From assembly GCA_018714965.1 (NCBI GenBank), contig DVML01000012.1, forward strand, positions 20,830 through 84,829: DNA of 64,000 bases, in the 5' to 3' direction. Under the pieces are notes generated by a model, which did no database searches, was not told the DNA's origin, and saw nothing but the letters and a program-made list of their open reading frames with translations. The stretch's first letter is position 1. Each line of letters begins with the position of its first letter. The DNA comes from Candidatus Fimihabitans intestinipullorum. GTDB taxonomy: Bacteria > Bacillota_I > Bacilli_A > RF39 > UBA660. Shown piece by piece: positions 28,037 through 37,661 of this stretch. A program made the translations under genes and the position numbers.

Positions 28037-29275
28037 ATGAGAATAGGGATTTTTACAGATACCTATCCTCCATTTATCAATGGAGTATCTACAAGTATTG
28101 TGATGTTAGAGCATGCTTTAGAAGAAAAAGGACACGAAGTATTTATCGTTACAGTAAACAACGAAAATATGTCTTATAAGTACGAAAATGAAAATAAGAT
28201 TATTCGAATTCCAGGGATTCCGATTGGAATTTATGATTATCGTTTAAGTGGAGTTTATCCGATTCGTGCAGTGGAAAAAATTAAAAAATGGAATTTAGAT
28301 ATCATTCATTCTCATACAGAATTTGGGATTGGAACATTCGCTCGTATTATGGCACATCAATTAGATATCCCTCTTGTTCATACATATCATACGATGTATG
28401 AAGATTATGTACACTATATAACGAAGGGGTATTTTAATCGAGCAAGTAAAAAAATTGTCGAGTATTTGACGAAATTTTATTGTGACAAAACTGCGACAGA
28501 ATTGATTGTACCAACGAAGAAGGCCTATGATCTTTTTAAAGAAAAATATAAGGTAGATCGCAATGTTCACATTGTTCCGACAGGAATTGAAATTAGTCGT
28601 TTCTATAAGGAAAACTATAAGAAGAAGGATATCACCGCATTGCGTAAAAAATTAGAAATCGGTCCTGACGACTTTGTCATTTTATTTGTTGGAAGATTAG
28701 GGCATGAAAAGAGTGTTGATCTTTTAATCGAAGGACAAGTGGGACTTTTAAAAACAGATCCACATTGTAAGTTAGTTATTATTGGTGATGGTCCAGATGC
28801 AGGAGATTATAAAGAGCTTGCGAGAAAACTGCGCGTACAAGATAGTGTGATCTTTACTGGAAAAGTTCCTTGGGAGGAAGTTCCAAAATACTATCAATTA
28901 GCAGATGTGTTTGCAACAGCATCCCGTACTGAGACACAGGGACTCACTGTAATCGAAGCGATGGCAGCAAGTGTTCCAGTAGTAGCTGCAGATGACGATA
29001 GTTTTCGAAATGTCGTGATCGATGATTTAAATGGATATTTGTTTGCAAATAAAAAAGAATATAAAAAGTATGTGCGTAAATTAATGGGAGATCCGAATTT
29101 GAAAAAACGTATGAGCGATCAAGCTAGAATCAGTGCGGAACCTCATTCAGCAAAATATTTTGCAGAAAAAGTGCTAGATGTATATCAAACTGCACTTGAA
29201 GGTAGTGGTGCACATAAGAGAAACTTTTTTGGAAAAGCAAAAGATGTAGTAAAGAAGGGATTTTATGGAAAATAA
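28037..29275 (+). CDS. GT4-family glycosyltransferase, 1,2-diacylglycerol 3-alpha-glucosyltransferase (MGS)-like
   Basis: The N-terminus 'MRIGIFTDTYPPFINGVSTSI' closely resembles Acholeplasma/Streptococcus monoglucosyl-DAG synthases. The C-terminus carries the 'SRTETQGLTVIEAMAASVPVVA' GT4 (E-x7-E-type) motif. Confidence 0.75.
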   Translation: MRIGIFTDTYPPFINGVSTSIVMLEHALEEKGHEVFIVTVNNENMSYKYENENKIIRIPGIPIGIYDYRLSGVYPIRAVEKIKKWNLDIIHSHTEFGIGTFARIMAHQLDIPLVHTYHTMYEDYVHYITKGYFNRASKKIVEYLTKFYCDKTATELIVPTKKAYDLFKEKYKVDRNVHIVPTGIEISRFYKENYKKKDITALRKKLEIGPDDFVILFVGRLGHEKSVDLLIEGQVGLLKTDPHCKLVIIGDGPDAGDYKELARKLRVQDSVIFTGKVPWEEVPKYYQLADVFATASRTETQGLTVIEAMAASVPVVAADDDSFRNVVIDDLNGYLFANKKEYKKYVRKLMGDPNLKKRMSDQARISAEPHSAKYFAEKVLDVYQTALEGSGAHKRNFFGKAKDVVKKGFYGK

Positions 29276-29990
29276 AAAATATATGATCGGCAACATGAAG
29301 ATGAATCTTACTTTTGAAGAAGTAGAACGTTACTTTAATGTATTGGGAACGAAAGCACGTTCTAGTCAAGTTATTTTTTGTCCTACTTATTTATATGTTC
29401 CATATTTTATAGAACAAGGATTTGAGACAGCTGTTCAAAATACTGCTCAATATGATAGTGGAGCTTATACTGGAGAAGTTTCGCCTGTTCAAGCAGCTAG
29501 TATTGGGTGTAGTTATACGATACTCGGGCATAGTGAACGTCGTATGTACTTTCATGAAACGGATGATATTGTTTCTGAGAAAGTAAAAAGAGCACTCGCT
29601 GCGGGACTTTCAGTAATTCTCTGTGTGGGAGAAAGTGATGAGGAAGAAAAAAGTGGAAAGACAGAAGAAGTTTTAAAAAGAGAACTTACAGCTGTATTTT
29701 CTAAATTAACAGAAGAAGAAGCGTCTCGTGTGATCGTTGCTTATGAACCAATTTGGGCAATTGGAACAGGAAGAGTTCCGACCAACGACCAGATATGGAA
29801 AGTTGCTTCCGATATTCAGAAAATATTGGAACAAATGAATATTGTTCATGTACCTATTTTATATGGTGGTAGTGTAAACGAAGGAAATATAGAAACATTG
29901 AATCAAATCGATAATATATCAGGTTTTCTCGTTGGAGGAGCTTGTTTAAAACCAGAACAATTTTTACATATGATAGAAGTCGTCTTATAG
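29265..29990 (+). CDS. tpiA: Triose-phosphate isomerase
   Basis: 'GNMKMN', 'LGHSERR', 'AYEPIWAIGTG' and 'YGGSV'. Confidence 0.9.
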   Translation: MENKKYMIGNMKMNLTFEEVERYFNVLGTKARSSQVIFCPTYLYVPYFIEQGFETAVQNTAQYDSGAYTGEVSPVQAASIGCSYTILGHSERRMYFHETDDIVSEKVKRALAAGLSVILCVGESDEEEKSGKTEEVLKRELTAVFSKLTEEEASRVIVAYEPIWAIGTGRVPTNDQIWKVASDIQKILEQMNIVHVPILYGGSVNEGNIETLNQIDNISGFLVGGACLKPEQFLHMIEVVL

Positions 29991-30010
29991 AGACGACTTT
30001 TCTTTCTTTT
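29977..30010 (+). terminator. Rho-independent terminator
   Basis: aagtcgtct-tatag-agacgactt hairpin followed by a T-rich tail. Confidence 0.75.
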
Positions 30011-30011
30011 A

Positions 30012-30028
30012 TTCGACAAAAAACGACA
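30012..30028 (-). promoter_or_regulatory. Spo0A-box (0A box) and a second, degenerate copy upstream of spo0A
   Basis: TTCGACA (30012-30018) is the exact reverse complement of the TGTCGAA consensus 0A box. ACGACA (30023-30028) is a near-repeat 11 bp downstream. Confidence 0.45.
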
Positions 30029-30123
30029 AAAGAAGTCAATTTCTACTCTAGGCAAATGGCTTAGGAAAAGAGTATAATAAAAATACGTGAGGCAGTACAT
30101 AAAGGAAGAAGAGGGAAGATGAA

Positions 30124-30900
30124 ATGAAAAAAATAAAAGTACTCATGGTTGATGATAATGTAAATTTAGTAGGAATGGTAAAGGAGTATTTTAAAAATCA
30201 CGATGTGATATCGATAGATTATACTGCGAATGATGGATTAGAGGGTATGAAAGTGATCGAAGAAAAGAAAGATGAGATCGATGCAGTTATTTTGGATTTG
30301 ATCATGCCAAATAAAGATGGAATGTATGTGTTAGAAACGATGAAATCGCGAAAGATATTTCTTCCAGTGATTGTTGCAACAAGTTATAATGCGAGTGATG
30401 TAATTCGTGAGGTTTCAGAATATGGAGTAAATTATTTTATTTTGAAACCATTTGAATTATCCGATTTAGAAAAGAGAATACTAGATATCAATAAAAAGAA
30501 AAAGAAAGAATCAAAAAATATTGATTTCTATCATAATAATTTGCAAATATCGATTACTAAAATTTTACACGAACTGGGAATTCCATCTCATATTAAAGGA
30601 TATCAATATATTAGGGAAGCTATCGGAATTATCTATGAACATCCTGAGACGATCGGAGGAATTACGAAAGAATTATATCCTGAGCTTGCCGAAAAATTTG
30701 ACACGACTGTATCACGTGTAGAAAGGGCAATCCGCCATGCGATCGAAGTGAGTTGGAATCGAGCTAATTGGTCATTGATGGAAGAAATTTTTGGCAATAG
30801 TGTCGATATCGATAAGGCAAAGCCGACAAACTCGGAGTTTATCGTGACAATTGCAGATAAGTTAAAATTAGAATTTCATAAAGTGGGAAGTTTATCATAA
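30124..30900 (+). CDS. spo0A: Sporulation master regulator Spo0A
   Basis: Receiver domain ('VLMVDDN', '[14 protein letters not shown]') plus the diagnostic Spo0A C-terminal DNA-binding region '[16 protein letters not shown]...[19 protein letters not shown]'. Confidence 0.92.
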   Translation: MKKIKVLMVDDNVNLVGMVKEYFKNHDVISIDYTANDGLEGMKVIEEKKDEIDAVILDLIMPNKDGMYVLETMKSRKIFLPVIVATSYNASDVIREVSEYGVNYFILKPFELSDLEKRILDINKKKKKESKNIDFYHNNLQISITKILHELGIPSHIKGYQYIREAIGIIYEHPETIGGITKELYPELAEKFDTTVSRVERAIRHAIEVSWNRANWSLMEEIFGNSVDIDKAKPTNSEFIVTIADKLKLEFHKVGSLS

Positions 30901-30920
30901 GCCTAGATGGGCTTTTTTTA
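30899..30920 (+). terminator. Rho-independent terminator
   Basis: aagcc-tagat-gggctt hairpin followed by T7. Confidence 0.6.
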
Positions 30921-31053
30921 TTTTCCTATAGCATTATCGTACCCTTTTATTATCTTCGATAAGCAAACAAAAATATCAACCACTGTCAATGTGTTTAAAA
31001 TTGTTAGTCTGTTTTCATTTTCATGTTAAAATGAAACAGGAGAAGTTGATATT

Positions 31054-31571
31054 ATGATGACGTTTTTTGATATGTTGCCATCAGTTGTTTTATTTTTAGC
31101 TGGGTTTGGATTAATGTGTATTATCATATATGCACTTGTTAAAAATCGAAAATTAAAAAATATGGAGTTCCGGTTAAGGTTATAGTAAAAGATGTGAAAG
31201 AAAATTTACGAGAGTCTGAAGATCGAAAGGTAATTGCTGGATATTATATTACGTATCAGTTTACTTATCAAGGTGAGCAAAAGGAGATGTCGTATTTTAG
31301 ACAGGATGCTTTGAAAGTAGGAAGCGAATTACATGGAATTTATGTTCCGGATAAGAAGAACCCCTTTTTAAGCGTTGCGGGTTCTGGACATTATTTGGTA
31401 AAAGGTGGAGTTTTGTTAGGTGGTAGTTTTGCTCTGTATTTGATAGTCGTAGCTTTATTGTTGTTACAGGAAGATAGTACTGGTTTAATTGCACTTGTTT
31501 CTTTTATTTATATTCCTGTAATAGTGATTGCAATTGTAATTTATCAGTCTTTATTAGAAAAAATAAAGTGA
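31054..31571 (+). pseudogene. DUF3592-type two-TM membrane protein, reading frame broken at an A6 tract
   Basis: The short ORF 31054-31185 encodes only TM1 ('VVLFLAGFGLMCIIIYALVKNRKLK'). The adjacent frame continues '(K)KYGVPVKVIVKDVKEN...' into ORF 31194-31571, which ends with TM2. The frames meet in A6 at 31155-31160. Confidence 0.6.
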
Positions 31572-32171
31572 AAACTGATATTCCTTATCAAGAGATTATA
31601 GCCAATGATGGATCTAACATTTCAGGAAATTGGATAGAAGTAGAAGAAAAAGATGATCAGGATGATATGCAAGAAACAGAAAAAGAAAAGAAAAAAGGAA
31701 TCGTTGATTGGATCATGTCTCACTTACTTTCATTAATATTTGGATTTAATGGTATTGTACTTTTAGTGGTTGTAGCTATTGCTTTATATACAGATATATC
31801 ACTTACCTTAAAAGGAGAATATCAAGATGCTTTATGCAAAATTCAGTCTATATATACATACGAATCAGAAATTTCTGATGGAGAATATGAAGAGATGCAA
31901 GGAATTGTCTGTAAATATGAAATAGGTGAGAAGAGTTACACTAAAAGAATTGATACAGGAAAAAAAAGCGGAAGATGAAAAATATAGTGTAGGTGATACA
32001 GTTGATTTACGCTATCGAAAAGGGTATCCGGAAAATGCAGGAATCAAATCAAGTTTATTTGAAAATATCGTAGTAGTATTCGCTTGTTTGATGATAGGTA
32101 TTATATTCGTATTTATCGCAGTGCATAACTGGGATGACTCGAAGAAGAAAAAGTTTATGAAGGAGTATTAG
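31568..32171 (+). pseudogene. DUF3592-type two-TM membrane protein, reading frame broken at an A8 tract
   Basis: ORF 31568-31978 (acidic N-terminus, TM1, '...CKYEIGEKSYTKRIDTGKK') and ORF 31926-32171 ('AEDEKYSVGDTVDLRYRKGYPEN', TM2) join into one DUF3592-like architecture if one A is removed from A8 at 31960-31967. Confidence 0.6.
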
Positions 32172-32172
32172 C

Positions 32173-32586
32173 ATGTTTATATTATTAGGTTTAACGTTAG
32201 TATTATGTGGGATTAGTTTTATGATCGGAGGAATTCGCCAAAGAAAATTTTATTTGAATATTGCAAGAGGGAAGAATGAAAATTACGGGAAAACTGTAGG
32301 AAAAGCTGTTGGATATGTACATACAGCTGACTCGCATATTTATAATCCTATAACTTCACCGGTTGTTTTATATCAGGTAGATGGACAATCTTATCGAGGT
32401 AAAAATACCATATTAGAAACTGGATCTGGTCTTCCTAATGGTACGGAAATGTATGTGTGGTATGAAAAGAATCATCCAGAAAACTGCGTTTTAGAATCTG
32501 ATTTGGAAACTCCTAAGAAAAGAATTTGGTTTGGTGTTATATTTATGATGATGGGATGGATCGTGACATTTTGTCAATTTTTGTAA
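32173..32586 (+). CDS. DUF3592-type two-TM membrane protein (intact copy)
   Basis: TM1, then 'GKTVGKAVGYVH...VVLYQVDGQSYRGKN...GTEMYVWYEKNHPEN', then TM2. This is the typical DUF3592 layout. Confidence 0.65.
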   Translation: MFILLGLTLVLCGISFMIGGIRQRKFYLNIARGKNENYGKTVGKAVGYVHTADSHIYNPITSPVVLYQVDGQSYRGKNTILETGSGLPNGTEMYVWYEKNHPENCVLESDLETPKKRIWFGVIFMMMGWIVTFCQFL

Positions 32587-32587
32587 G

Positions 32588-32608
32588 AAGTGTAATACAC
32601 TTTTTTTC
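32588..32608 (+). terminator. Rho-independent terminator
   Basis: aagtgt-aat-acactt hairpin followed by T7. Confidence 0.6.
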
Positions 32609-32737
32609 TATCGTACAAAATATAAACATATCACACATTTCAAAAGAAAAATGTACATGATTTGCAACGTTGAGTGGGAAAAAGAAATATCACTTGTAAA
32701 AATCTTTATGATATATCAATATACTGAGAGTAATACA

Positions 32738-32767
32738 TTTACATGCAGGGTAGGAAAATGTTATAAT
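32738..32767 (+). promoter_or_regulatory. Putative promoter of the essC operon
   Basis: TTTACA, 18 nt, then TATAAT with an upstream TG (TGtTATAAT). Confidence 0.45.
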
Positions 32768-32792
32768 AAGAAAAGATAGAGGGGTATTTTGT

Positions 32793-35700
32793 ATGGATAT
32801 TTATATTGCGGATGAAGAAAGATTATTAAAATATTCAATTTCAAACAAGATGGAAGAATTTGTTTCTTTTAACTGTAAATTAGGAAAAAAACATACAGAT
32901 TGTTTTATTACCATTGATGTACAAAATAAAAAGAGAGTTTTAACGAGTAACGGCACTTGTAAGATTATATCAAATCAGACATTCATTCCATCTGTTTCTT
33001 TAGAACCGTATCATTATTACGTTTTGCAGATTGAAGGAACAAAAGAACAAGTTATTTTATATTCGATTCCTACAATGCAAGAAGCATTTTATCCATTATC
33101 TTTAAATCAGTTACAACAAATTAAGATTGGCAATAGTAAAAATTGTGAAATATGCTATCAGACTCCATTGCTGGAAGCGGAAAGTGCAACGATTATATTA
33201 AAGGAAAAACAGTGGTATTTTGTGCCTAGTGCTCAGACAAAGATAAAAATGTTCAAAAATCGATATATGATTCAAAGAACGACAGAATTGAACATAGGAG
33301 ATATGATTTTCATTGGCGGGTTAAAATTGATTTGGATGGGAGATTTTATCGAAATTAATAATCCAAATAATTCTGTAGGAGTTTCTAAGCTTTCTGCATA
33401 TAGTTTTCCATTAACGACCGAAACGTATCAGCCAGCTACTGAGGAAGAAGAGGCTGCTGTTTCTTTATATCAAGAGAGTGATTATTTTTATCATATTCCA
33501 AGGATACGTGAGGTATTAGAAACTTCTAAGATTAAAATTGATCCACCCACATCTCCTGTCGAAAAAGAAGAACTTCCATGGTGGTTAACAATAGGATCAT
33601 CTATAACGATGTCTGCAGCAGCATTTTTGATGGCATATAATGTTGGTTATGGATTATATACTGGAACGCGGACATTTTGGCAGGCGTTTCCTCAAATTGT
33701 TATGTGTATAGCAATGTTGGTTGGTAGTTTGCTTTTGCCGAGAATTGCAAATCACTATCAGAAGAAAAGAAATCATAAAAAAGAAATGTTGCGAAAGACA
33801 AAATATACGGAGTATTTACAAGGGAAAGAAAAAGAAATTTGTCAAATTATGAAACAACACATGCAAATAATGAATGATAACATTCCTTCGTTAAAAGAAT
33901 GTCTAGATACTATTGCATATCGAAAGAAAAATTTTTGGAGTAGAGTTGTTTCTGACGATGACTTTTTAAATGTTCGATTAGGACTTGGGGATGTTGAACC
34001 GGTCTTTACAATCGAAGCTCCTGAGGAAAAATTTACGATAGACGAAGATGAATTACTACAAAAAGTATATACTATGATTGCTCAATACAAAAAAATGACA
34101 AACGTTCCAATTGCTATCAATTTAGCGGAAAAAAGAGTTGTATCGTTTGTTTGTGAGCAAACGTCTAGATATCAATATATTCAAAATTACATCATGCAAT
34201 TAGTTACGTTGCATAGCCCGGAGGATTTAAAAATTGTAATTTTTACAAATAAAGAGCGAGCATATCATTGGGATTTTATGAAGTATATGCCTCATTGTTT
34301 TAATGAAAGCAAATCAATGCGTTTTTTTGCAACCGATATAGAAGAGGCCAAAGATATCTCTAATGAATTAATTTCTATATTTAAAAATCAACAAGAGATC
34401 ATAAAAAAATCGCAAACAACAGAAGACGGAAAAGAAATTGATCAACGAAAAGGGTATCGTAATTTCTCTACGTATTATTTAATTATCAATGATGATTATC
34501 AAACTGGAAAGAATATACCAATTATTACTAACATTTTAGAATCGGATGTTAATTTTGGATTTTCATTATTTGTTATCAGTGATACTATGAAGAACTTACC
34601 TTCTACTTGTCAAACTTTTATTGAAGCAGGTGCAAAAGATGGTGCATTGATTGAGCGTGATATTACAACAAGTGGACAAATTATATATCATAATGAGCCT
34701 TTGCTTCAATATGATATATATAAATATACAAGAAAGTTAGCTAGTATACCAATTGCTTTGAAAGAAGGAGTAAATACTTTACCGAAAAGCATCTCTTTTA
34801 TGGAAATGCTTGGAATATCTAAGGTAGAACAACTTAACGTGTCTACAAATTGGGAGACAAATGATCCTGTTTTATCGTTGGCAGCACCGATTGGGGTTCA
34901 TGAAAGTGGAGAATTGTTTAAGTTAAATTTGCATGAAAAGAGTCATGGACCACATGGATTGGTTGCGGGAAGTACAGGTAGTGGTAAATCAGAATTCATT
35001 ATTACATATATTTTATCTATGGCAATCAATTATCATCCTTATGAAGTTCAGTTTGTATTGATCGATTATAAAGGTGGAGGGCTTACTGGAGCATTTGAGA
35101 ATAAAGAAACAGGTTTAGTTCTTCCACATTTGGCTGGAACGATTACAAATTTAGATATAAGTGAAATGAATCGAACTTTAGTATCGATTCAAAGTGAATT
35201 AAAACGTCGTCAAAGAATATTTAATGAAGTAAGAGATAATTTAGGAGAGAGCACAATTGATATTTATAAGTATCAAAGGTTGTATCGAGAAGGTGTTGTA
35301 AAAGTTCCTATGGCACATTTATTCATTATTAGTGATGAGTTTGCAGAATTAAAAAGTCAACAGCCAGAATTTATGTCTCAATTGATTAGTATTTCACGTA
35401 TCGGAAGATCTTTAGGCGTTCATTTGATCTTGGCTACACAAAAACCAAGTGGTGTGGTTAATGATCAAATATGGAGTAATTCAAAATTTAAGGTATGCTT
35501 AAAGGTTCAAAGCCGTGCTGATAGTATGGAAATGCTAAAAAGACCAGAGGCGGCAAGTATTAAAGAAACTGGAAGATTTTATTTACAAGTCGGATATGAT
35601 GATTTGTTTATGATTGGACAGTCTGCTTGGTCTGGTGCAAAATATATTCCATCGGAACATGCCGTGAAAAAAATGGATGATGCGATCGATGTGATTGGAA

Positions 35701-37406
35701 ATATAGGAGATGTGATTCGTTCATTTAAACCAAAAGTAAAAGTAGAAAATACAAATAACAATGGAGACCAATTGACAAATATTGTGAGATATTTGTATGA
35801 GTTGGGACAGAAAAACCATATAGTTACAAACAAATTATGGTTAGATGCAATTCCGGATACAATTTATGTGTCAAATTTAAAAAAGAAATATCAGTATCAG
35901 CCAACCGCATATCAAATTACACCTGTGATAGGGGAATACGATAATCCGGAAGAGCAGATGCAAGGAATTGTGAATTTAAATTTAAGCGATAATGGAAATA
36001 CTGCCATTTTTGGTCAAACTGGAAGTGGAAAAGAAAACTTAATTTCAACGATCTTATGGTCAACAATGATAGAACATACACCACAAGAAGTCCAAATTTA
36101 TATTATGGATTTTGGTTCTGAAACACTTCGTGCGTTTCAAGCGATGCCTCATGTTGGGGATGTTATGACGATTGATGAGATCGATAAGATTGTAAATGCA
36201 GTAGAGATGCTTGAAAATTTAGTTGAAGAACGTAAAGGGTTATTTGCAGAATATGGTGGATCTTATCAACAATATTGCGAATTAAGTGGAAAGAAGTTAC
36301 CTTTGGTTTTAACAGTTATCAATGGGTATGACACGTTTATGGAGACTTATGGAAAAGTTACAGAACAAATGCAAAATTTATATCGTGATGGTAGCAAATA
36401 TGGAGTTGTATTTATTGTTGTAGCAGTAGCTACAAATGCAATTCGTAGTAGAATGTTACAAAATTTTTCAAACGTTATTTGTTTGCAAATTCCAAACACG
36501 GGAGAGTATCGTACTTTATTGAATGCTCCACGCAACTTAGTTCCTGCTTCTATTTTTGGACGAGGGTTGATTAAATTACACGGACATGCTTATGAATTTC
36601 AAACAGCTCTTTTTGCAAAACATGGTGAGATGATTCCGGTGATAAGAAAAGCTGCTGAAAAATTATCTAGTGCTTATCAAGTGAAGGTGCCTAAAGTACC
36701 AATGGTTCCAGAAGTAGTAAATTATAAAATGTTACTTTCTTCACTAGATACTCTTGCTCATGTTCCGTTGGGATATGATGTATATGACAAAAAATCTTAT
36801 TGTTATGACTTTACAAATCATTTCATTACTCCTATTATCGCTGCATCTATGGATGAAGATAAAATGGAATTTGTTTATGCCTTAGCGCTTATGATGCAAC
36901 AAATAAAAAGTACAACAGTAGAAGTGATTGATTGTGTAGAAGCATTTGAAAAAGAATTACCAGGTATTACTTGTATCAAAGAAAAATTTGATGAAGCATT
37001 AGTACAAATAAATAACCGCTGCATTCAAGAGAAAGATACAGATCAGCATAAAGTATACCTCATTCTTGGTGTCGGTGCCTTGAAGAGTAAATTGAGTGAA
37101 GCAGGAAATGAACTTTGGAATCATTTTATGGAGATTATGAAAGAATATAAAAATGTTCATTTTGTGATTGTCGATACTTATGTTTCATATCGTACATTAC
37201 AATTTGAACCATGGTATCATTTGATAGATTCAAGTTGTGGGATTTGGCTTGGATTGGGTATTGGAAATCAAGTGGCATTTAATATAACAGAGCTTACTAT
37301 GGAAGATAGAAAAAAAGATTTTCCAAATATTGGTTTTTCAATTTTAAAAGGGAAATATACACTTATCAAGTGCATGGTGTCGAAAGAGGTGGATAATGAA
37401 AAATAA
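32793..37406 (+). CDS. essC: Type VII secretion system ATPase EssC/YukB (FtsK/SpoIIIE family, T7SSb type)
   Basis: 1537 aa. The N-terminal ~230 aa is a soluble FHA-like region. Two TM helices follow ('WWLTIGSSITMSAAAFLMAY', 'FPQIVMCIAMLVGSLLLPRI'), then repeated FtsK-like ATPase domains. P-loops are 'GLVAGSTGSGKSEFI' and 'IFGQTGSGKENLI', with Walker B 'LFIISDEFAELK'. The last domain has no recognisable P-loop. Confidence 0.9.
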   Translation: MDIYIADEERLLKYSISNKMEEFVSFNCKLGKKHTDCFITIDVQNKKRVLTSNGTCKIISNQTFIPSVSLEPYHYYVLQIEGTKEQVILYSIPTMQEAFYPLSLNQLQQIKIGNSKNCEICYQTPLLEAESATIILKEKQWYFVPSAQTKIKMFKNRYMIQRTTELNIGDMIFIGGLKLIWMGDFIEINNPNNSVGVSKLSAYSFPLTTETYQPATEEEEAAVSLYQESDYFYHIPRIREVLETSKIKIDPPTSPVEKEELPWWLTIGSSITMSAAAFLMAYNVGYGLYTGTRTFWQAFPQIVMCIAMLVGSLLLPRIANHYQKKRNHKKEMLRKTKYTEYLQGKEKEICQIMKQHMQIMNDNIPSLKECLDTIAYRKKNFWSRVVSDDDFLNVRLGLGDVEPVFTIEAPEEKFTIDEDELLQKVYTMIAQYKKMTNVPIAINLAEKRVVSFVCEQTSRYQYIQNYIMQLVTLHSPEDLKIVIFTNKERAYHWDFMKYMPHCFNESKSMRFFATDIEEAKDISNELISIFKNQQEIIKKSQTTEDGKEIDQRKGYRNFSTYYLIINDDYQTGKNIPIITNILESDVNFGFSLFVISDTMKNLPSTCQTFIEAGAKDGALIERDITTSGQIIYHNEPLLQYDIYKYTRKLASIPIALKEGVNTLPKSISFMEMLGISKVEQLNVSTNWETNDPVLSLAAPIGVHESGELFKLNLHEKSHGPHGLVAGSTGSGKSEFIITYILSMAINYHPYEVQFVLIDYKGGGLTGAFENKETGLVLPHLAGTITNLDISEMNRTLVSIQSELKRRQRIFNEVRDNLGESTIDIYKYQRLYREGVVKVPMAHLFIISDEFAELKSQQPEFMSQLISISRIGRSLGVHLILATQKPSGVVNDQIWSNSKFKVCLKVQSRADSMEMLKRPEAASIKETGRFYLQVGYDDLFMIGQSAWSGAKYIPSEHAVKKMDDAIDVIGNIGDVIRSFKPKVKVENTNNNGDQLTNIVRYLYELGQKNHIVTNKLWLDAIPDTIYVSNLKKKYQYQPTAYQITPVIGEYDNPEEQMQGIVNLNLSDNGNTAIFGQTGSGKENLISTILWSTMIEHTPQEVQIYIMDFGSETLRAFQAMPHVGDVMTIDEIDKIVNAVEMLENLVEERKGLFAEYGGSYQQYCELSGKKLPLVLTVINGYDTFMETYGKVTEQMQNLYRDGSKYGVVFIVVAVATNAIRSRMLQNFSNVICLQIPNTGEYRTLLNAPRNLVPASIFGRGLIKLHGHAYEFQTALFAKHGEMIPVIRKAAEKLSSAYQVKVPKVPMVPEVVNYKMLLSSLDTLAHVPLGYDVYDKKSYCYDFTNHFITPIIAASMDEDKMEFVYALALMMQQIKSTTVEVIDCVEAFEKELPGITCIKEKFDEALVQINNRCIQEKDTDQHKVYLILGVGALKSKLSEAGNELWNHFMEIMKEYKNVHFVIVDTYVSYRTLQFEPWYHLIDSSCGIWLGLGIGNQVAFNITELTMEDRKKDFPNIGFSILKGKYTLIKCMVSKEVDNEK

Positions 37407-37650
37407 GGTGTTAGTTGAATTAGTAATTCCAGAAATTGACGAAGTTTATAATCTGTATCTTCCTGCACAAAAAAAGATCGGAAGTATTATGGAACTATTG
37501 CGGAAAGTTGTTTTCGAATTATCCAATGGTTTATATCAAGCAAAGGCTCAAGCTGCACTTTATAGTGGAGTTTCCGGAGAACGTTATAGTATGAATCAAT
37601 TCTTATATCAAACAGATATTCGAAATGGGTCGCGTATTATCTTATTGTGA
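37396..37650 (+). CDS. esaB: YukD/EsaB-like ubiquitin-fold T7SS protein
   Basis: 84 aa. The pattern 'VYNLYLPAQKKIGSIMELL...LYQTDIRNGSRIILL' parallels EsaB/YukD ('..YDL.vP...pi..Li ... i.dGD.L.LL'). Its start overlaps the end of essC. Confidence 0.7.
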   Translation: MKNKVLVELVIPEIDEVYNLYLPAQKKIGSIMELLRKVVFELSNGLYQAKAQAALYSGVSGERYSMNQFLYQTDIRNGSRIILL

Positions 37651-37661
37651 GAGGTGAACAA

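Noticed and set aside
31926-32171. Treating 31926-32171 (GTG start) and 31194-31571 (GTG start) as independent small genes.
   Set aside because: Neither has an RBS. Each encodes only the C-terminal half of the DUF3592 architecture, and each continues seamlessly from the upstream ORF across a poly-A tract. Frameshifted single genes explain this better.
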